Shown: piece after piece, positions 13,542 through 26,076 of the stretch
Layout of the letters: the number at the start of each line of letters is the position of its first letter
How positions within the stretch are numbered: position 1 is the stretch's first letter
NCBI GenBank assembly: GCA_003427395.1
Contig: BFEA01000026.1
Location: forward strand, 2,341,876-2,396,350
Reading direction: 5' to 3'
From: Chara braunii
Lineage: Eukaryota; Plantae; Charophyceae
Length of the DNA stretch: 54,475 bases
Translations under genes and position numbers: made by a program
The notes under the pieces: generated by a model
The model's database searches: none
The model's input: only the letters and a program-made list of their open reading frames with translations
Told to the model about the DNA's origin: nothing

Positions 13542-16500
13542 GTGCCACACTATTTCAGGGATATATCTCGTTTTGTTGGGATCACCTGCCCACAAATAGG
13601 CTCTTGCTTTGCTATTTAGTTCTTTGATATTATGGTCCGATATGGTACAGATGGAGGCTATGTACCACATCATAGAGAAGATAGGCTCTTNGAGAAGATA
13701 GGCTCTTGCTTTGCTATTTAGTTCTTTGATATTATGGTCCGATATGGTACAGATGGAGGCTATGTACCACATCATAGAGAAGATAGAAGTGTTGAGTGTC
13801 AAGGCTTTCACCAGCAGAGAGGTGAACGTGTCTCCCCAACGCCCCATCCTGTTGATTTGCTTGGTTAGCAGGTTTTGTGCCATTTTTGGGGTTGGGCCAT
13901 CTTTGGTAACCATTATTCCCAGATATCTCGTGGGTTCCTCAGGCTGTTCCCATGTCATGTCCGCTTCAGGGCCCTCCATCTGGGGTCTTTCCTCTTCTGA
14001 AAGCCACCACCCGACTGTCTTTTTCCAATTGATCTTCATTTCTGATGCTAGCCTGAATGTTTCCATTGTCCTCACTAAAGCTTTCACTGATGAATCAGAT
14101 GCCCTGATCAGGACGGTGAGGTCATCTGCAAACATTATTACTGTTGGAAAGTGAATATGGTGAGGGGTGCTCGCATTCAACTCTGGCAATCGTTGAATTG
14201 ATGGATCTTTACATAGGAAGGACGCTATTGCTTCCATAACGAATAGGAAAATCGGGGGAGTCAGGGGGTCACCTTGCAGCACTGAACGGGAGATTGGGTA
14301 TCGTTAAGAAAGTAAGAGATTTATTTGTACACAACCTGATGCATCGTTGTACAAGATCCTTACCCATTTCCTAAAATTAGGACCAACTCCCATTTTTTCC
14401 ATGCTCTTGTTGAGGAAAGCCCAGTTGACTTGGCCATATGCCTTCTCAAAGTCAAATAACATAATTGTTGTGTTCAACCTTTTTTCCTTTACTTTTCGTG
14501 CAGCTTCATTCAGAGTGAGGACATTGTCCAGGATGTATATGCCTGGGATAAAGCCGACTTGGACTATATTGAAGCACTTGTCAGTGAGATCAAGGATTCT
14601 GAATGCAAGTGTTTTTGCTAGGATCTTGTAGGGAAGGATGAGGAGGGAGATTGGTCTATAGTTTCTGACATCTTCCTGGTCACCTTTTTTTTAGAGGAGG
14701 GTCACCACGCTGCTACTTAGTAGTTCCCCCAAGCCTCCCTTTTCCCAACTGTCCTCATAAAAGGAGAGGAGGTCCTTTCCCATTACTGGCCATAATTGAT
14801 CCAAGAACTCTTTGGTAAGACCGTCTAAGCCCGGGGATTTATCGTTGTTCATACTTTTGATTGTGACCCTTAATTCCTCTAGAGTGATCGATTTGTCAAA
14901 CGATGTCGCTTGTTCTGTTGTGATTGCCTTGTCTAGAGATTGGAGCATTTTCGACCTTACTTCTCTTGTTGCTGCAGAGGGCGGAGTGTGGGTTTTTGTC
15001 TGATACAATTCCTGGTAAAATCCTTTGGCTATTTGTAGCATTCCTTCACTATTTGACCTTGTGAGTTGATCACCTGTTAGCTCCTTTAGGCCTTCTATCG
15101 AGCTGGCCCTGCTGTTTGATTTTATCCTGGCAAAGAATTGCTTGCTCAGTGATTCGTTTAGCTCCTAGTCCATCATTCTTGCTCTCACCTGTAGGCCTTT
15201 CAATTCCCCCAGTCTCCACAGTGCCAACTCCTCCCTGCCAGCTCCTCCCTGCCCTGCTCTAAGATGTTTGCATACAAGGATGAGGAGGGGTTGCTGAAGA
15301 GGTTAACCTTAGCAATCTTAAGCGTCATTTCCAATGCTTGTTTTCTTTGTTTTCGGTCATAGGCTAGCTTACGGGATAGTCTGGCTACTGACTGAGATAG
15401 TGAGAGGTAGCTCTCCTGGAACCAATTCCATCTATTCTATCCTTCTAGTAGCGTGCCTCTGGAGTTGAGCCAGCATTCGTGTATCTTATCCCTGAATTCC
15501 TGGCTCAGGAGTAAGGAGTGGTTTAGCTTATGGAAACTGGCCCCTCTTGTGATGTATTGGTCGAAGCATAGAATTAGTTCAATGGGTTTGTGATCCAATC
15601 CCGCGTATGGGGCTAGTAGCAAAATGTCCGCTTCTTTGATAACTCTCATCATTGACTCGGAAACTAGGAAGTAATCAATCCTTGAGAAGGCTGTGTGGTG
15701 GGCGTGGTTTTTCTTTACCAGGGAAAAAGCTTTTACTCCTGGATGGAGCGTTCGGAAGGGATCAACCATACTATGATCCATCATCACTTGGATGATCGAG
15801 GCTTCTTCCTGGGAAGATTGTTGTGATGCGGCTCTTGAGATTCTGTCGTTGCTGGGGTCAAGAATCGCGTTTCAATCTCCCGCTATGATGCAGGCGGAGA
15901 GAGGTGTGACCAGCCGCCCCACTGTCAACAAGAAGGCCGACCTGTCTGTCATGTTATTGGGCGCATAGATCTTGACGATTTTAAAGTCTTCATCTTTCCA
16001 TTTCGAGTCCATCCAGCACCATCTGCCAGTTTCATTATTTGCTTCTCGTCCTAACACTGATCCTGAAGTGTATATGCGAGAGGATTTCGGTATCAGAATG
16101 GTTGTGCCTTTGGTACTGGAGCCACTGTCTTCCGCCCATATTTCATCTTTGACCCCACCTATTTTCCTTGTGAAGAAATTCCTTAACTTTAAGTGTTCCT
16201 CAGACTTGGTCAAGTGTGTCTCCTGTAACATGATGATGTCAGCTAGCTTGTTTGAGAAGTCTTTTAGTCCCTTGATTATGTCATTTAATTTGTCTTCTTT
16301 GGTGATGATATTTCCCAGTCCATTGAGGTTCCAACTTCGAACAGTGATGCCTTGCGTTCTCCAATTTGTCTTCACCCCTTTCTCATTAGCCGCCCTCCTT
16401 AGCACTTCCATGGGTCAACCTGTATGGTAGACATCAACTTACTAAGGACCATAGCTCTAAGAGACCCCCGAGCCTCCCGTGTCTCCCGTGTCCATAGAGT

Positions 16501-18008
16501 TAGCCGAGTCACCTGTCTTGTCCGGCTGAGTCGTGCTCAAAGGGTCGTCCAACCTGTATTCTCCTATGTTGTCGTTGGTCCCCTTTCCTGTAGGTGTGTC
16601 CGAGTGTGGTTCGTCATTCTCTGTAATCCATTCTTCTTGATCCTCTTCCATTTCTTCTTCAGAGTATACGTCTCTAAAGAACCTGTCCATATCAACAGCC
16701 CAGGCCCTGGACTTAAGTCCCTATCCCCCTCAAATGTGCCGCTGCTGATAAGTTCTGCTAGGGAAGCTGCTTGCAGTTCCGCAGGGATGCCTATCCCTGA
16801 TAGCACGCTGTAAGGGATGGCCATCACTGTACTCCAAGGTCGCCATCTCATCCCTCCTTTCAGTTTCGTGCCTTCAGGCATCTTTGCGATGAGGGGAGTG
16901 AAAGATCTTGGGGATCTGGGGTCCTTGTGGGGGTCATTTGACCCCGGTTGATCGTCGATTAAAAGCTTGTCTTGCTGCGGTGCTGGCTGTAGTTCCTCCT
17001 CCTGCTGAACCATCTGAGACTCTACCTCAAATACCCCCAGGGGGTATACCATTGTGATCTTGTCTTGTAGAATAGTAGCCACATTTTGGCCTTCTTCGAT
17101 CCTGGGGATCGCGAAGGCCACATCTGTGGCTACCTGTCATTCCTTTTTGTCTTCTATGTACCTTGCAGCCACAACTGGGCGGGTGCCCATCAGGGTCAAC
17201 TTTGCAGATTGGGCCTGGCCTATTACTTGGCATGCATCGCCATCTGCTATGTGTCTGAGGGAGATAAATTCAGGCTCGTATGCTTTGTTGAGCTTTTTAA
17301 GTTTCTCAGATTGTGCCTCAACCACTGCAATTTCTTGTTCAAGCTCAGTCCGGACTGTCTTCCGTGAGGAATCTGTTTCTTTCCCATCCCTGTTGATCCC
17401 GTTCTTCCTCTGTTTTTTGCCGGATCTCCATTTTTTCGGTCTCAAATCCTGCAGCGCTTCTTTGGAGTCCACCTGTGTGATGTCTTTGTCAGTGATACCT
17501 TGTTCCCTTGCCCTTATTTTCTCTGCGTATCTGAGGGCCGCATATTCTGTGAATTCGTCGGCTTTCACCAGCAAGTCATACTGGTTAGAAGAAGTTTTGA
17601 TTCCTGCCACTGACCCCTTCGTCTGATTATGGGTCCTTTCCATGTGTTTCAAACATGCAGTGCGGATGTCGAAGAGGTGTTCACGTTCAGCTTTGGCTTT
17701 CTCGATATACTCTCTCAGCCATTGAAGAGACCTCTTCGCTGGGTCCTCTTCATTTGAGTCTGGGTTGGACGTTGATGCTGAAGAGTCTCCCTTGGATCTG
17801 TCGCTGTCCACCTGGGTCCCCCCTGAATGGGGGGAAAGGGGTGGCTGCTGGTCTTCTGCCGGATGCTACCCTAGACCCTCATTGTTGTCTGATAACATTC
17901 CTTTTCTCTTCTTTAAATCTGGTTCTCCTCCTTTTTGTCTTCTAACCTTGTAATGTGCTGTTTTTAAAAAGGTTGTCTGATGTGAAGCTTGACGCTGGGG
18001 TTGTTTAT
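13542..18008 (-). mobile_element. L1-clade LINE: ORF1 (~16460-18000) and ORF2 APE endonuclease plus RT (~13542-16411), interrupted by Gypsy LTR
   Basis: SWNLNGL, LQETH, IYAPN, IIAGD, SRIDYFL, DHKPI (APE); KSPGLDGL, QGDPL, MFADD (RT). 5' end runs into an N gap. Confidence 0.93.
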
Positions 18009-18013
18009 NNNNN

Positions 18014-18068
<55 letters not shown>
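18014..18068. repeat. (GA)n microsatellite next to an assembly gap
   Basis: Pure GA run after NNNNN. Confidence 0.95.
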
Positions 18069-18071
<3 letters not shown>

Positions 18072-18117
18072 TTTACAAAAGAAGAGACGCAAGAACGACG
18101 TAGGACGTGGATGTTAC

Positions 18118-18197
18118 CTGCGTACAAGCGCCATATATTTCATATCTTGCAAATGCTTTTCATAGAGCTTCCTTCTGTCATAGTGAGATACTGAATT
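18118..18197 (-). CDS. Internal 80-bp exon of CFAP97/KIAA1430-domain-like host gene
   Basis: ccacttgcag|AATTCA...GTACGCAG|gtaaca; open in phase 0 as NSVSHYDRRKLYEKHLQDMKYMALVR+AG. Not in the ORF track. Confidence 0.65.
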
Positions 18198-18557
18198 CTG
18201 CAAGTGGATAAATCACAAATGGTTGGCTCATGCATTATGATCCAGCGAAATTACAAAACAAAACAAAAAACGAAAAAGGAAAATATGAGCAGTCTGATGG
18301 TCAAAGAATAAGCATGCTATCATTTGGAGTTTGAACTTCAAAGTCTTATATGGTTCAAATTCTATACATGAGAATGTTTCTCATCCTTCTTTCTTCTTTC
18401 ACAGTGGGTTCCTGAAATGTACATGACGATGGTTACTGTGGCCACATACAGAGGGTGCCACCAATTCACCAGAAATATGACTGCATGGTGTGATATGATG
18501 GGAGCCCAGCTGGCTTGCAATTCATGGATCTGCACATCTAGGCCTAAGCCCTCCTCC

Positions 18558-18630
18558 GTGCAAGCACGGATTCGAACCGGCGACCTCGGCCTCAAGAGCC
18601 AAGTATCTTAACCACTACAGCCAGGACACG
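18558..18630 (-). mobile_element. tRNA-derived SINE-like head (partial second copy at 18847-18895)
   Basis: A box TGGCTGTAGTGG and B box GGTTCGAATCC at tRNA spacing; CTCTTGA loop resembles Lys-CTT; acceptor stem does not pair. Confidence 0.6.
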
Positions 18631-19339
18631 GTGTTAAAGTGGCACCATACCGGTCGTGATATCCACCCCACCCCTGCAAGGATGTAGTGTTCAGCTCCAC
18701 ACAACACCACACGGACACGGCAATTCTCGCACACTTCGCTCCTCATCTGCACATATCCCCCCACTGGTACTTAGCCCCCCCACCACATACGGGGTACAAC
18801 CGCTCCCCGTTGGTTAACGGGTGCTTCCACAGCAGTTCATGGATCCGTACAAGCATGGATTCGAACCGGCGACCTCGCCCTCAAGAGCCAAGTATGTGTG
18901 ATTGCTGAAACGCGAGTGCCGCTACTAATTCTCACGGCATGACATGATGTCATAATATTTTGTTGGACATGCTGCGGCCTACTATCCATCTGATCCCATC
19001 GTGGATATTGTTTTGTAACCCCCTGCCCCTATCAGTGCTCTACCTGTCTGGGGGTTCTGTCCATGAATGGCATAAAAATTGATGATAAAATAATTGCAAG
19101 AACGCACCATGAAATGGACTGAGCCCTTTTGAAGCATTGGATCCCAAAAAGAGTTATGCTGCAAATTCTTGCCGTGCCACGTGGCATCGTGAAAATTTGC
19201 ACCACAACTCCTTTTAGGACGATAGTTCACATAAATAAGTTTGAACTTTGAAACCATGTTTAGACTTGAAAATTTTAAATTCAATTTTAATTATTAAAGT
19301 TTAAAAAGAGTAGCAGAAGGTCCAGAAGTTGAAAATCTT

Positions 19340-21800
19340 TGTTTTCTTGTTTTTTAAACTTTTTTTTTGTTTTTTTGTTTTTTGTTTTTTTAATAAAAGC
19401 CCAGGTTGTTGTAGAGGTGCCATACTCGACAGATGACATTCACCGACAGTAATCGGCCCTTCCGTGGTCCAGATAAACCCCTCTGAAGACCACCCACCCT
19501 TCCTCTCATCTTTTGCCCTGGCGCACCCCCACCCCCCCTGTCCTACCCTAGTGTTAACCACCCAGGACCATCGCCCATCACCATCTTGGGCGGGTGACCA
19601 GACAAAGCCTGTTACAGCCGAAACAAGACCTCCATCCCCACCTATGACTATCAGATCCAAACAGTGCAGACCGATGCTTAGGCAAAGACCAGATTAAGGA
19701 AGGCATCCTCCTCCACTGCCTCATTCACTGCCAGGAAGCAAACAAATACCTCCATATAAGAAGGAAGAATCAGACCCAAACAGCTCAGACAGATGCTCAG
19801 TATGCAAAGATCAGATTAAGGCATATTGGGCTAGACTGTTCCCTTCTACATTTCCCGAACGCCCCCTCCAATTATTACATTGGACTAACATCCCCTTCCC
19901 GTCTACACAAACCTAAAAGAAGGTGGTTCAGCCTGATAAGACAATACAAGACCGAGAGAGAAACAACCCTTTGGATATGCAAAGGACGTGAAGGTAGCCG
20001 TTGGCCCCTGCCTTGCTTGTCGATGGGAGAATTGGTATGCCCTTGTCAGAGTGTTGTCCTGGATTAGGATTCCCCAATACCCTGCTTTCCAGGTGACTTC
20101 CTCTTTGAGCAGTTCTTTCCAGCTGTCTGAAATGCTTTAAATGATCTTCTGCAAATTCTCATCTCTGTGGTGGTAACCTTTAAGCCGGGTTAATCTTCGT
20201 CCAGCCGAGCTTTGAGTTCATCTTCCCAGCCTGTTTTTCCTTCCGTCATCTCATATATCCCTCACTCTCCATATCCCATTTCTAACCCACGTTAACCACC
20301 TGCCACCTGTATGGGATAGAGTCCAGGAGTGGTTCCCTTCATCTCTTACCTATGGGTTCCCAAAGAGTTAGCTTGCTTGGCATGATTTCTCTCCAGATTC
20401 GTAGCAAGGCTGTCCAGTAGGGCAAAGGATCATACATGCGACGCATCGACATGTGCTGCAAAGCGCACATGCGTCAGAGCGCGCAGCGCGCACAATGTGT
20501 GTGCACGTTATCCGGCGCATGCCAAAATTACAGAGTCCACCAAAAAAAAAACAACTTTGGGGGGCGGGCTTGTAGGCCCGCTAGGCACTTCGCGCCGCCT
20601 GGTAACAAAAAATAAAGAAATAAAATTAAAGAGCGCGGGGGGGCCCGCAAAAAAAAAAAAAAAAAGCAGGGAGATCCGAGTAGTTCGTTTTTGAACTACT
20701 AGGACCTGCCCCACGCTGGCGGGAAGGAGCCGAAGGACGCAGCAGAGGGAGGGGGTGAAGGAAACAGCCATATCCAGGTGGGTTACCACCAGCCCCTCCC
20801 TCCCTCCCTCCCTCTCTCTCTCTCTGTGGAAACTGTGCAGCTCCTCATCCTCTCCATCTCTCCCATGTCATCGTTCTTCTCCTCCTCCCCCTTCCTCCCT
20901 CCTTCGTCATCGTTCCCCTACTCCCCTGCTTATCATAGCGCTCTCCTTTGTCATCATTCTCCCCTTCCCCCTACTCCCTCGTCATCAGTGTGCTCCTCCC
21001 TCCTCCATTCCCTCCGTCTGTCCTTGTCATCATTCTTCATGCTCCTCAATCCTCCCTCGTCATCGATCTCCTCCTGCCTCCGTCGTTCTCCTCCCCCTCC
21101 CTCCCTCGTCATCAGTGTGCTCCTCCCTCCTCCCTCCCTCCTCCTCCCTCCTCCCTCCTCCCTCTGCCCTTCTAACTTCCCCCTACTCCCTCGTCATCGA
21201 TGTGCTCCTCCCTCCTCCATTCCCTTCGTCATTGAGGTAGGTTATTAACTTGTTACCCAATGCATGTGAACTGGATAACTTGACCTGGTTCATCTGCTCC
21301 TGCACGCCCCATTGTTGAAAAAACGCTGCGCGCACCACGCGCGCCGATGTGTGAGCCCCGTACACCCCCCGGCGTATTGGCGCGCTGCGCAGCGAAGTGT
21401 CGCGCAGCGCATCGTGCATCGCACGTCGATGCGCGATGCGCGAGCATCAGTGCGCGTGCCGCCCGGGGGCGCACGATGCATCGCGCACTGCAGCACGTCA
21501 CGCAGCGCATAGATGCACCGCAACAATGGCAAGGATCCTTTCTCCTGTCGTGGAGTTTCTCCTCTCGCTTGCTTCCTCCTTCCAGTTCTAGGACTCCAAT
21601 CTTTGTTCATCACCCAGAAAAGACCTGACATGTTGGGGGGTTATGTCGTTGTTGCGAGGCTTCTAATACTGTCTAAAGCCCGCTTGTTCCACACTAGCAA
21701 CTGCTTAGTCAACAGTTTGATTATTCATTTGATGTGGAAAGCGTTTGTTTCTTGTCTGGGGTCTACTATCCCCAGCCTCCTTGAGCCGGTTTTCCCGTGA
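19340..21800 (-). mobile_element. 3' half of an L1-clade LINE with A-rich tail, internal inversion (~19550-19945) and MITE insertion
   Basis: LGIVDPRQETNA, MSGLFWVMNKDWSP and AYQFSHRQ on the minus strand; PLQLLHWTNIP on the plus strand; all homologous to 46820-48150. T-rich tail ~19340-19392. Confidence 0.75.
20431..21528. mobile_element. Non-autonomous hAT-like DNA transposon inserted in the LINE
   Basis: Imperfect 17-bp TIRs (catacatgcgacgcatc / gatgcaccgcaacaatg), ~8-bp TSD (caaaggat / gcaaggat), GCGCA-rich subterminal arrays, pyrimidine-rich internal repeats. Confidence 0.65.
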
Positions 21801-23756
21801 TACAGCAAAAGATTCAAGAGGCCTATAATGACGACAAGGTTTGCAGCAAAATTATCCGCAAGGTGCAAGCTGCACGTCACAAGGAGTCTAACTATAGAGT
21901 GACCGATGGCCTGCTGTTTGAGAAGGCCGATAGGGAGGACAGGCTGTGCGTGCCGAGCAGCGAGGAAATCCGCAGTCTGATGCTGGGGGAATCCCATGTC
22001 CGGAAGGACACTTTAGATGGAGGAAGACATGCGCTAACCTCCTGATGTCCTGCACGTGGACAGACATGAAACAGGACTGTATCCTGTACATTCAGGGCTG
22101 CAAAGTGTGTCAGCAGAACAAGAGTTCCACGCAGCCGCCCCTAGGACTGTTGAAACCGCTCCCTATAACATTGGCCCCCGGGGACTCAATCTCTATAGAC
22201 TTCATGGACACTAAGTCAAGAGTCGGAATGGGGAAACTCAAGTGATGGTTATAGTTGATATTTTTAGTAAGTTTGCTGTTTTCATTCCTTTGCCCGCTGA
22301 GGCAAAAACAGATCTTGCTACTCGCAAGTTCTTTGATCATTGGGTTGCAGAGTATGGACACCCATTGACCATCGTTAGTGATATAGCAACAGTTGATGAA
22401 AGTCTACGGGTCTAGACTAACCATGTCATCAGGCAGACATCGTGAGACTAACGGACAGACAGAGCAGATGAACAAACAGCAAGTGCTTCGCACGTACATT
22501 AGGCCAGATCAGGTCGACTGGGACGAGCTTCTATCTAAGGTAGTTAGTGCCTATAACAACTTTGTGTGTCTAGCAACAAGCCAAACACCAAATGAGTTGC
22601 ACAAGTGGTGGCATCCCCAACGATCGATAGGCTGCCTGAATCCGGATCAGATTCAGAGACTGCCACCTAGAGAATTTGCAATTCACTACGAGGAGGTACA
22701 AAAAGTTGCTGAGAACATCCGGAAGGCCCAGCATCAGATGGTAGAACAGACAAATAAGCACCGTAGACCGTCAACGTTTGCCGTTGGAGGTCTTGTCTGG
22801 GTTAAGTCAATGGAGTTCATTCCAGAGGAGAACATTTCTCAGAAGTTGTTACCTGTTTATAGAGGGCCGTGGAAGGTTCTAGATGTCATTGGTGATGCAG
22901 ACGGTCCCTCTTACACCATCGATATTCCGCTGCATCTGCACACATACCCAGTCTTCCATGCGTCTAAGCTGCTGCCTCGTGTTACTAACGACAGGTTCCC
23001 TTCACGCAGACCCATGATCCCTCCTGATATGGATGGACGTTATGACATTGACCGCATCATAGACGAAGATGTATGGCGAACAGGGAGAAGGGGTAGGCCA
23101 CAGTGGCAGTTCAATGTCAGGTTCGCCTATCAAGAGTCGGAAGATGACCGATGGTACACTAAAGATGAGTTGATGGGAACTGCACCTCACATTGTATCTT
23201 ACTATGAGCGTGCTAGGCGAGGTGATAACATTGTAGACAGGTGAAGATAACATCTTTCTTGGAGGACCTCGAAATTAGGCCGGCGGGAGTGGAAGGATTT
23301 CACATAGTCAGTCCCCAAAGGTCCCGGTCCCAGTTAGTCCGGTAGGCTGAAGTGCCGACAGGGTAGGCCTCGGGTCTGTAGGATGAGGTCGTAGGTAGGT
23401 AGCTACAGTACCTGCAAGCATGTCAAGTCCCTAAAGTTCAATTTTGCAGCAGCCTCCAAATGGAAGTCAGGAACTTTCCCAAATGGCAATATCGCTAAGG
23501 CAGAGGCCGCAGGGGGCTGGTACCGACTGAAGCAGGCACAAACAGCCCACTGCAACTATATATTCTGGGCTACAGTGCCGGAAGGCATTCAGTTGTTCAT
23601 TTTGCAGAATTGTGGAAGCGCTGCGAGAGCTTGTGCGATCAAGTGACCTGGACGAAGGAGCGCAAGGGGGAGAAGTGCACAGCGGCTGGATGCAACCATA
23701 GTAGCATTCAGGGCAGATCTAGGACATGGAGAGGAACAGCGAGTGAGGAACAGTGC

Positions 23757-23760
<4 letters not shown>
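21801..23760 (+). mobile_element. 5'-truncated Ty3/Gypsy integrase, chromodomain and LTR-like sequence
   Basis: CKVCQ, SIDF, ETNGQTE, YRGPW, YDIDRIID..DDRWYTKDEL; stop at 23244. Confidence 0.9.
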
Positions 23761-23761
<1 letters not shown>

Positions 23762-23824
<63 letters not shown>

Positions 23825-23826
23825 AA
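23762..23826. repeat. (GA)n microsatellite
   Basis: Long GA run. Confidence 0.95.
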
Positions 23827-26076
23827 GCAGCCAAGATAAGTTATTAATGAAATTTTATCTTGAATTTATACATTTATGTTCTATGTTTATATTACTTTAT
23901 AATCAATTTACATACTTCAATTGAAAAATAATAAAAATAATACTTATTTTTACAAACAAACATACCTGAGGCGTGTTGCAGTGGTTGAAACCGCTTATTC
24001 TTGAACTTTTTCAATATTCGAAGTTGAATCTTGCGATGTCCTTCAATGGCTCATAATATACCTAGCAGTCCCCTGCCAATGAAGGGTTGGATGTAAGAAG
24101 GAACAAGGAGCTCAGAACACCGGATTCCTGCCTCCGTACAATATGTAATCTGGGGCAAACGGAAATGGTATCCCACTGTCTGATCCAGTGCCAGCACGCA
24201 AAACAAATGTGGGAGCTAGAAAGATATTGAGAGCTCTAAGAGGGGAAATCTTCCCGGAGGAAATCCTCTTCCTCTTGGCAGCGATTGAGTCATAGGGAGA
24301 GCCAGAGGCCGCCAAACAATAAGCAAAGCCTCAGTTAGCGCAATCGAAGCTTGCATAGAATCCAAGGAGGTGATAGAAATGGAAATGAGAGCCAAATGGC
24401 ATCACACAATCAGACAAATTGACAGGGAATATTTTGCCTCTCAAGCTTAGAGAGCTTTTTGATGAGGAATGACTTCTTGAAGGATCTTTAGGGATCTTCC
24501 AAGGCCCAACAATCACACTTGCGAATTGGGGCCAGAACTGAGCAGGGGAAACTGAGCACAAGCACAGACGGAGGAGTATGAGTACCTGGATGAAGAGTGA
24601 CAGCCACAGAGAATAGGAGTTGAAGTTTGCATGATCATCATCCCCAGTGCCAAAAGCTAATAGTAGTGGGGAGTGCTAGGGGGTAATAGGGCTGTCTCAA
24701 ATGGTAGTGCAATGGAATTGTGGACCAAAAATGGGGTTCTATTTGCATATGCTTGGCCCATCTGCTGGCTATGACCCCTTAGGGGTCCATGGCGCAGGAT
24801 CATCATCCCCAGCGCCAAAAGCTTTTAGGGCTGGCGTCTTGCTAGGGGGTAGTGTTGAGACCTCAAACCCAACCAAGGAGTCAGAAGGGAGCAATATAGC
24901 AAGGGAAGCAGAAATACAGTGGAGATGTGTCAAAAGAGCTAGGCCCTCTCGTGGTGCAGATGGAAAGAAAGGGGCTTAGGACGTACCCATACTAGCCTAA
25001 TCTTAAATGTATTTGACCGCATTTACGGCCGCGCCTGGATGAATCTGACCATGATTGCGTCCGTAAATAAGGGAAAAACTCCTTGTGCGAGTATCCCTTA
25101 GTCCAAGTTCATGATCCCGAGAGTAGAGATCAGAGATGGAGGAATAGGAAGAAGAAGAAACAAGTAGAGCAAGAAGACGATATCCACTCAAAACACACTT
25201 TGCACCCGAGTATCCCAACCTCCGGAAACGTCAATTCGTAAGATCATCATGAAGCTCATGTATGCATCGCCCCTACGCATTTCACTGCTGCCGTACACAG
25301 CAGATTCATCAGGGGCCCTCTCCCACCCACCACCACTGCACATGAAGTTGAGATGCAGCACGGTTTCATGCTACCTCCATTTCTACTAAGGCACGAGCTG
25401 GATCGTGTGTGTCCTTGTTTCCTATCCTACTTCTGCTCGCATCTTCTATTCTTCCCTCCCCATTCTCCCACACCCGATCGCATAGATCTGCTGGTCAAGC
25501 ACTACATCTGGAATCTCCTTAGTATAGTCTCCACCCTCCTCCTCATATTGTCGTCGATCTTTACTCTCTTCACACTCCCCCATACTGTCACTCCCTCCTT
25601 CATTCCTGTTATGTGTCTCCCTCCTTTTTTCTTTTCCTTTCCCTTTCATCTTTTCCACTTACCCTTGCCTCTTTCCCTCCACTCCTCCTTCGCATCCTCG
25701 ATCCATCTTTCCATTCTTTGCACATTCTCATGCGGTCATTCCCTCTCCACTCCCTTGATCACTCTTATTTCCTTTTTTTTTTTTTTTTCCAAGGCTTATC
25801 TTTCCGTTTCCCTCGTCTCTTTCTCTCCAGCCACCCTCCTCCTTTGCCCGGTGTACACATAAGTACTCCCCTACATGTGTCACCGCTGTGCGACCCAAAA
25901 TCCAGGTACATGCATGCTTTTTTTTTTTTTTCCCGCTTTTCCTCAACTCGGATTTTTGGTTATGAATTTCGATATGACTCTCAGGCAACAGTTGTCCGTA
26001 TTGAAATTCTGCATAACAATTTTCACTTTTTTTTCGTATTTTTCGTATTTTTTGCTAGGAAGATTGTCACACCCGG

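Noticed and set aside
13596-13786. Identical ~90-bp duplication in LINE RT
   Set aside because: Straddles an N and the copies are identical; most likely a contig-overlap artefact.
18558-18630. Functional tRNA-Lys gene
   Set aside because: Acceptor and D stems do not pair properly.
20755-21248. Pro/Ser-rich ORFs
   Set aside because: Translations of pyrimidine-rich repeats inside a non-autonomous element.
24000-25250. Possible coding remnant
   Set aside because: No recognisable motif in any frame.
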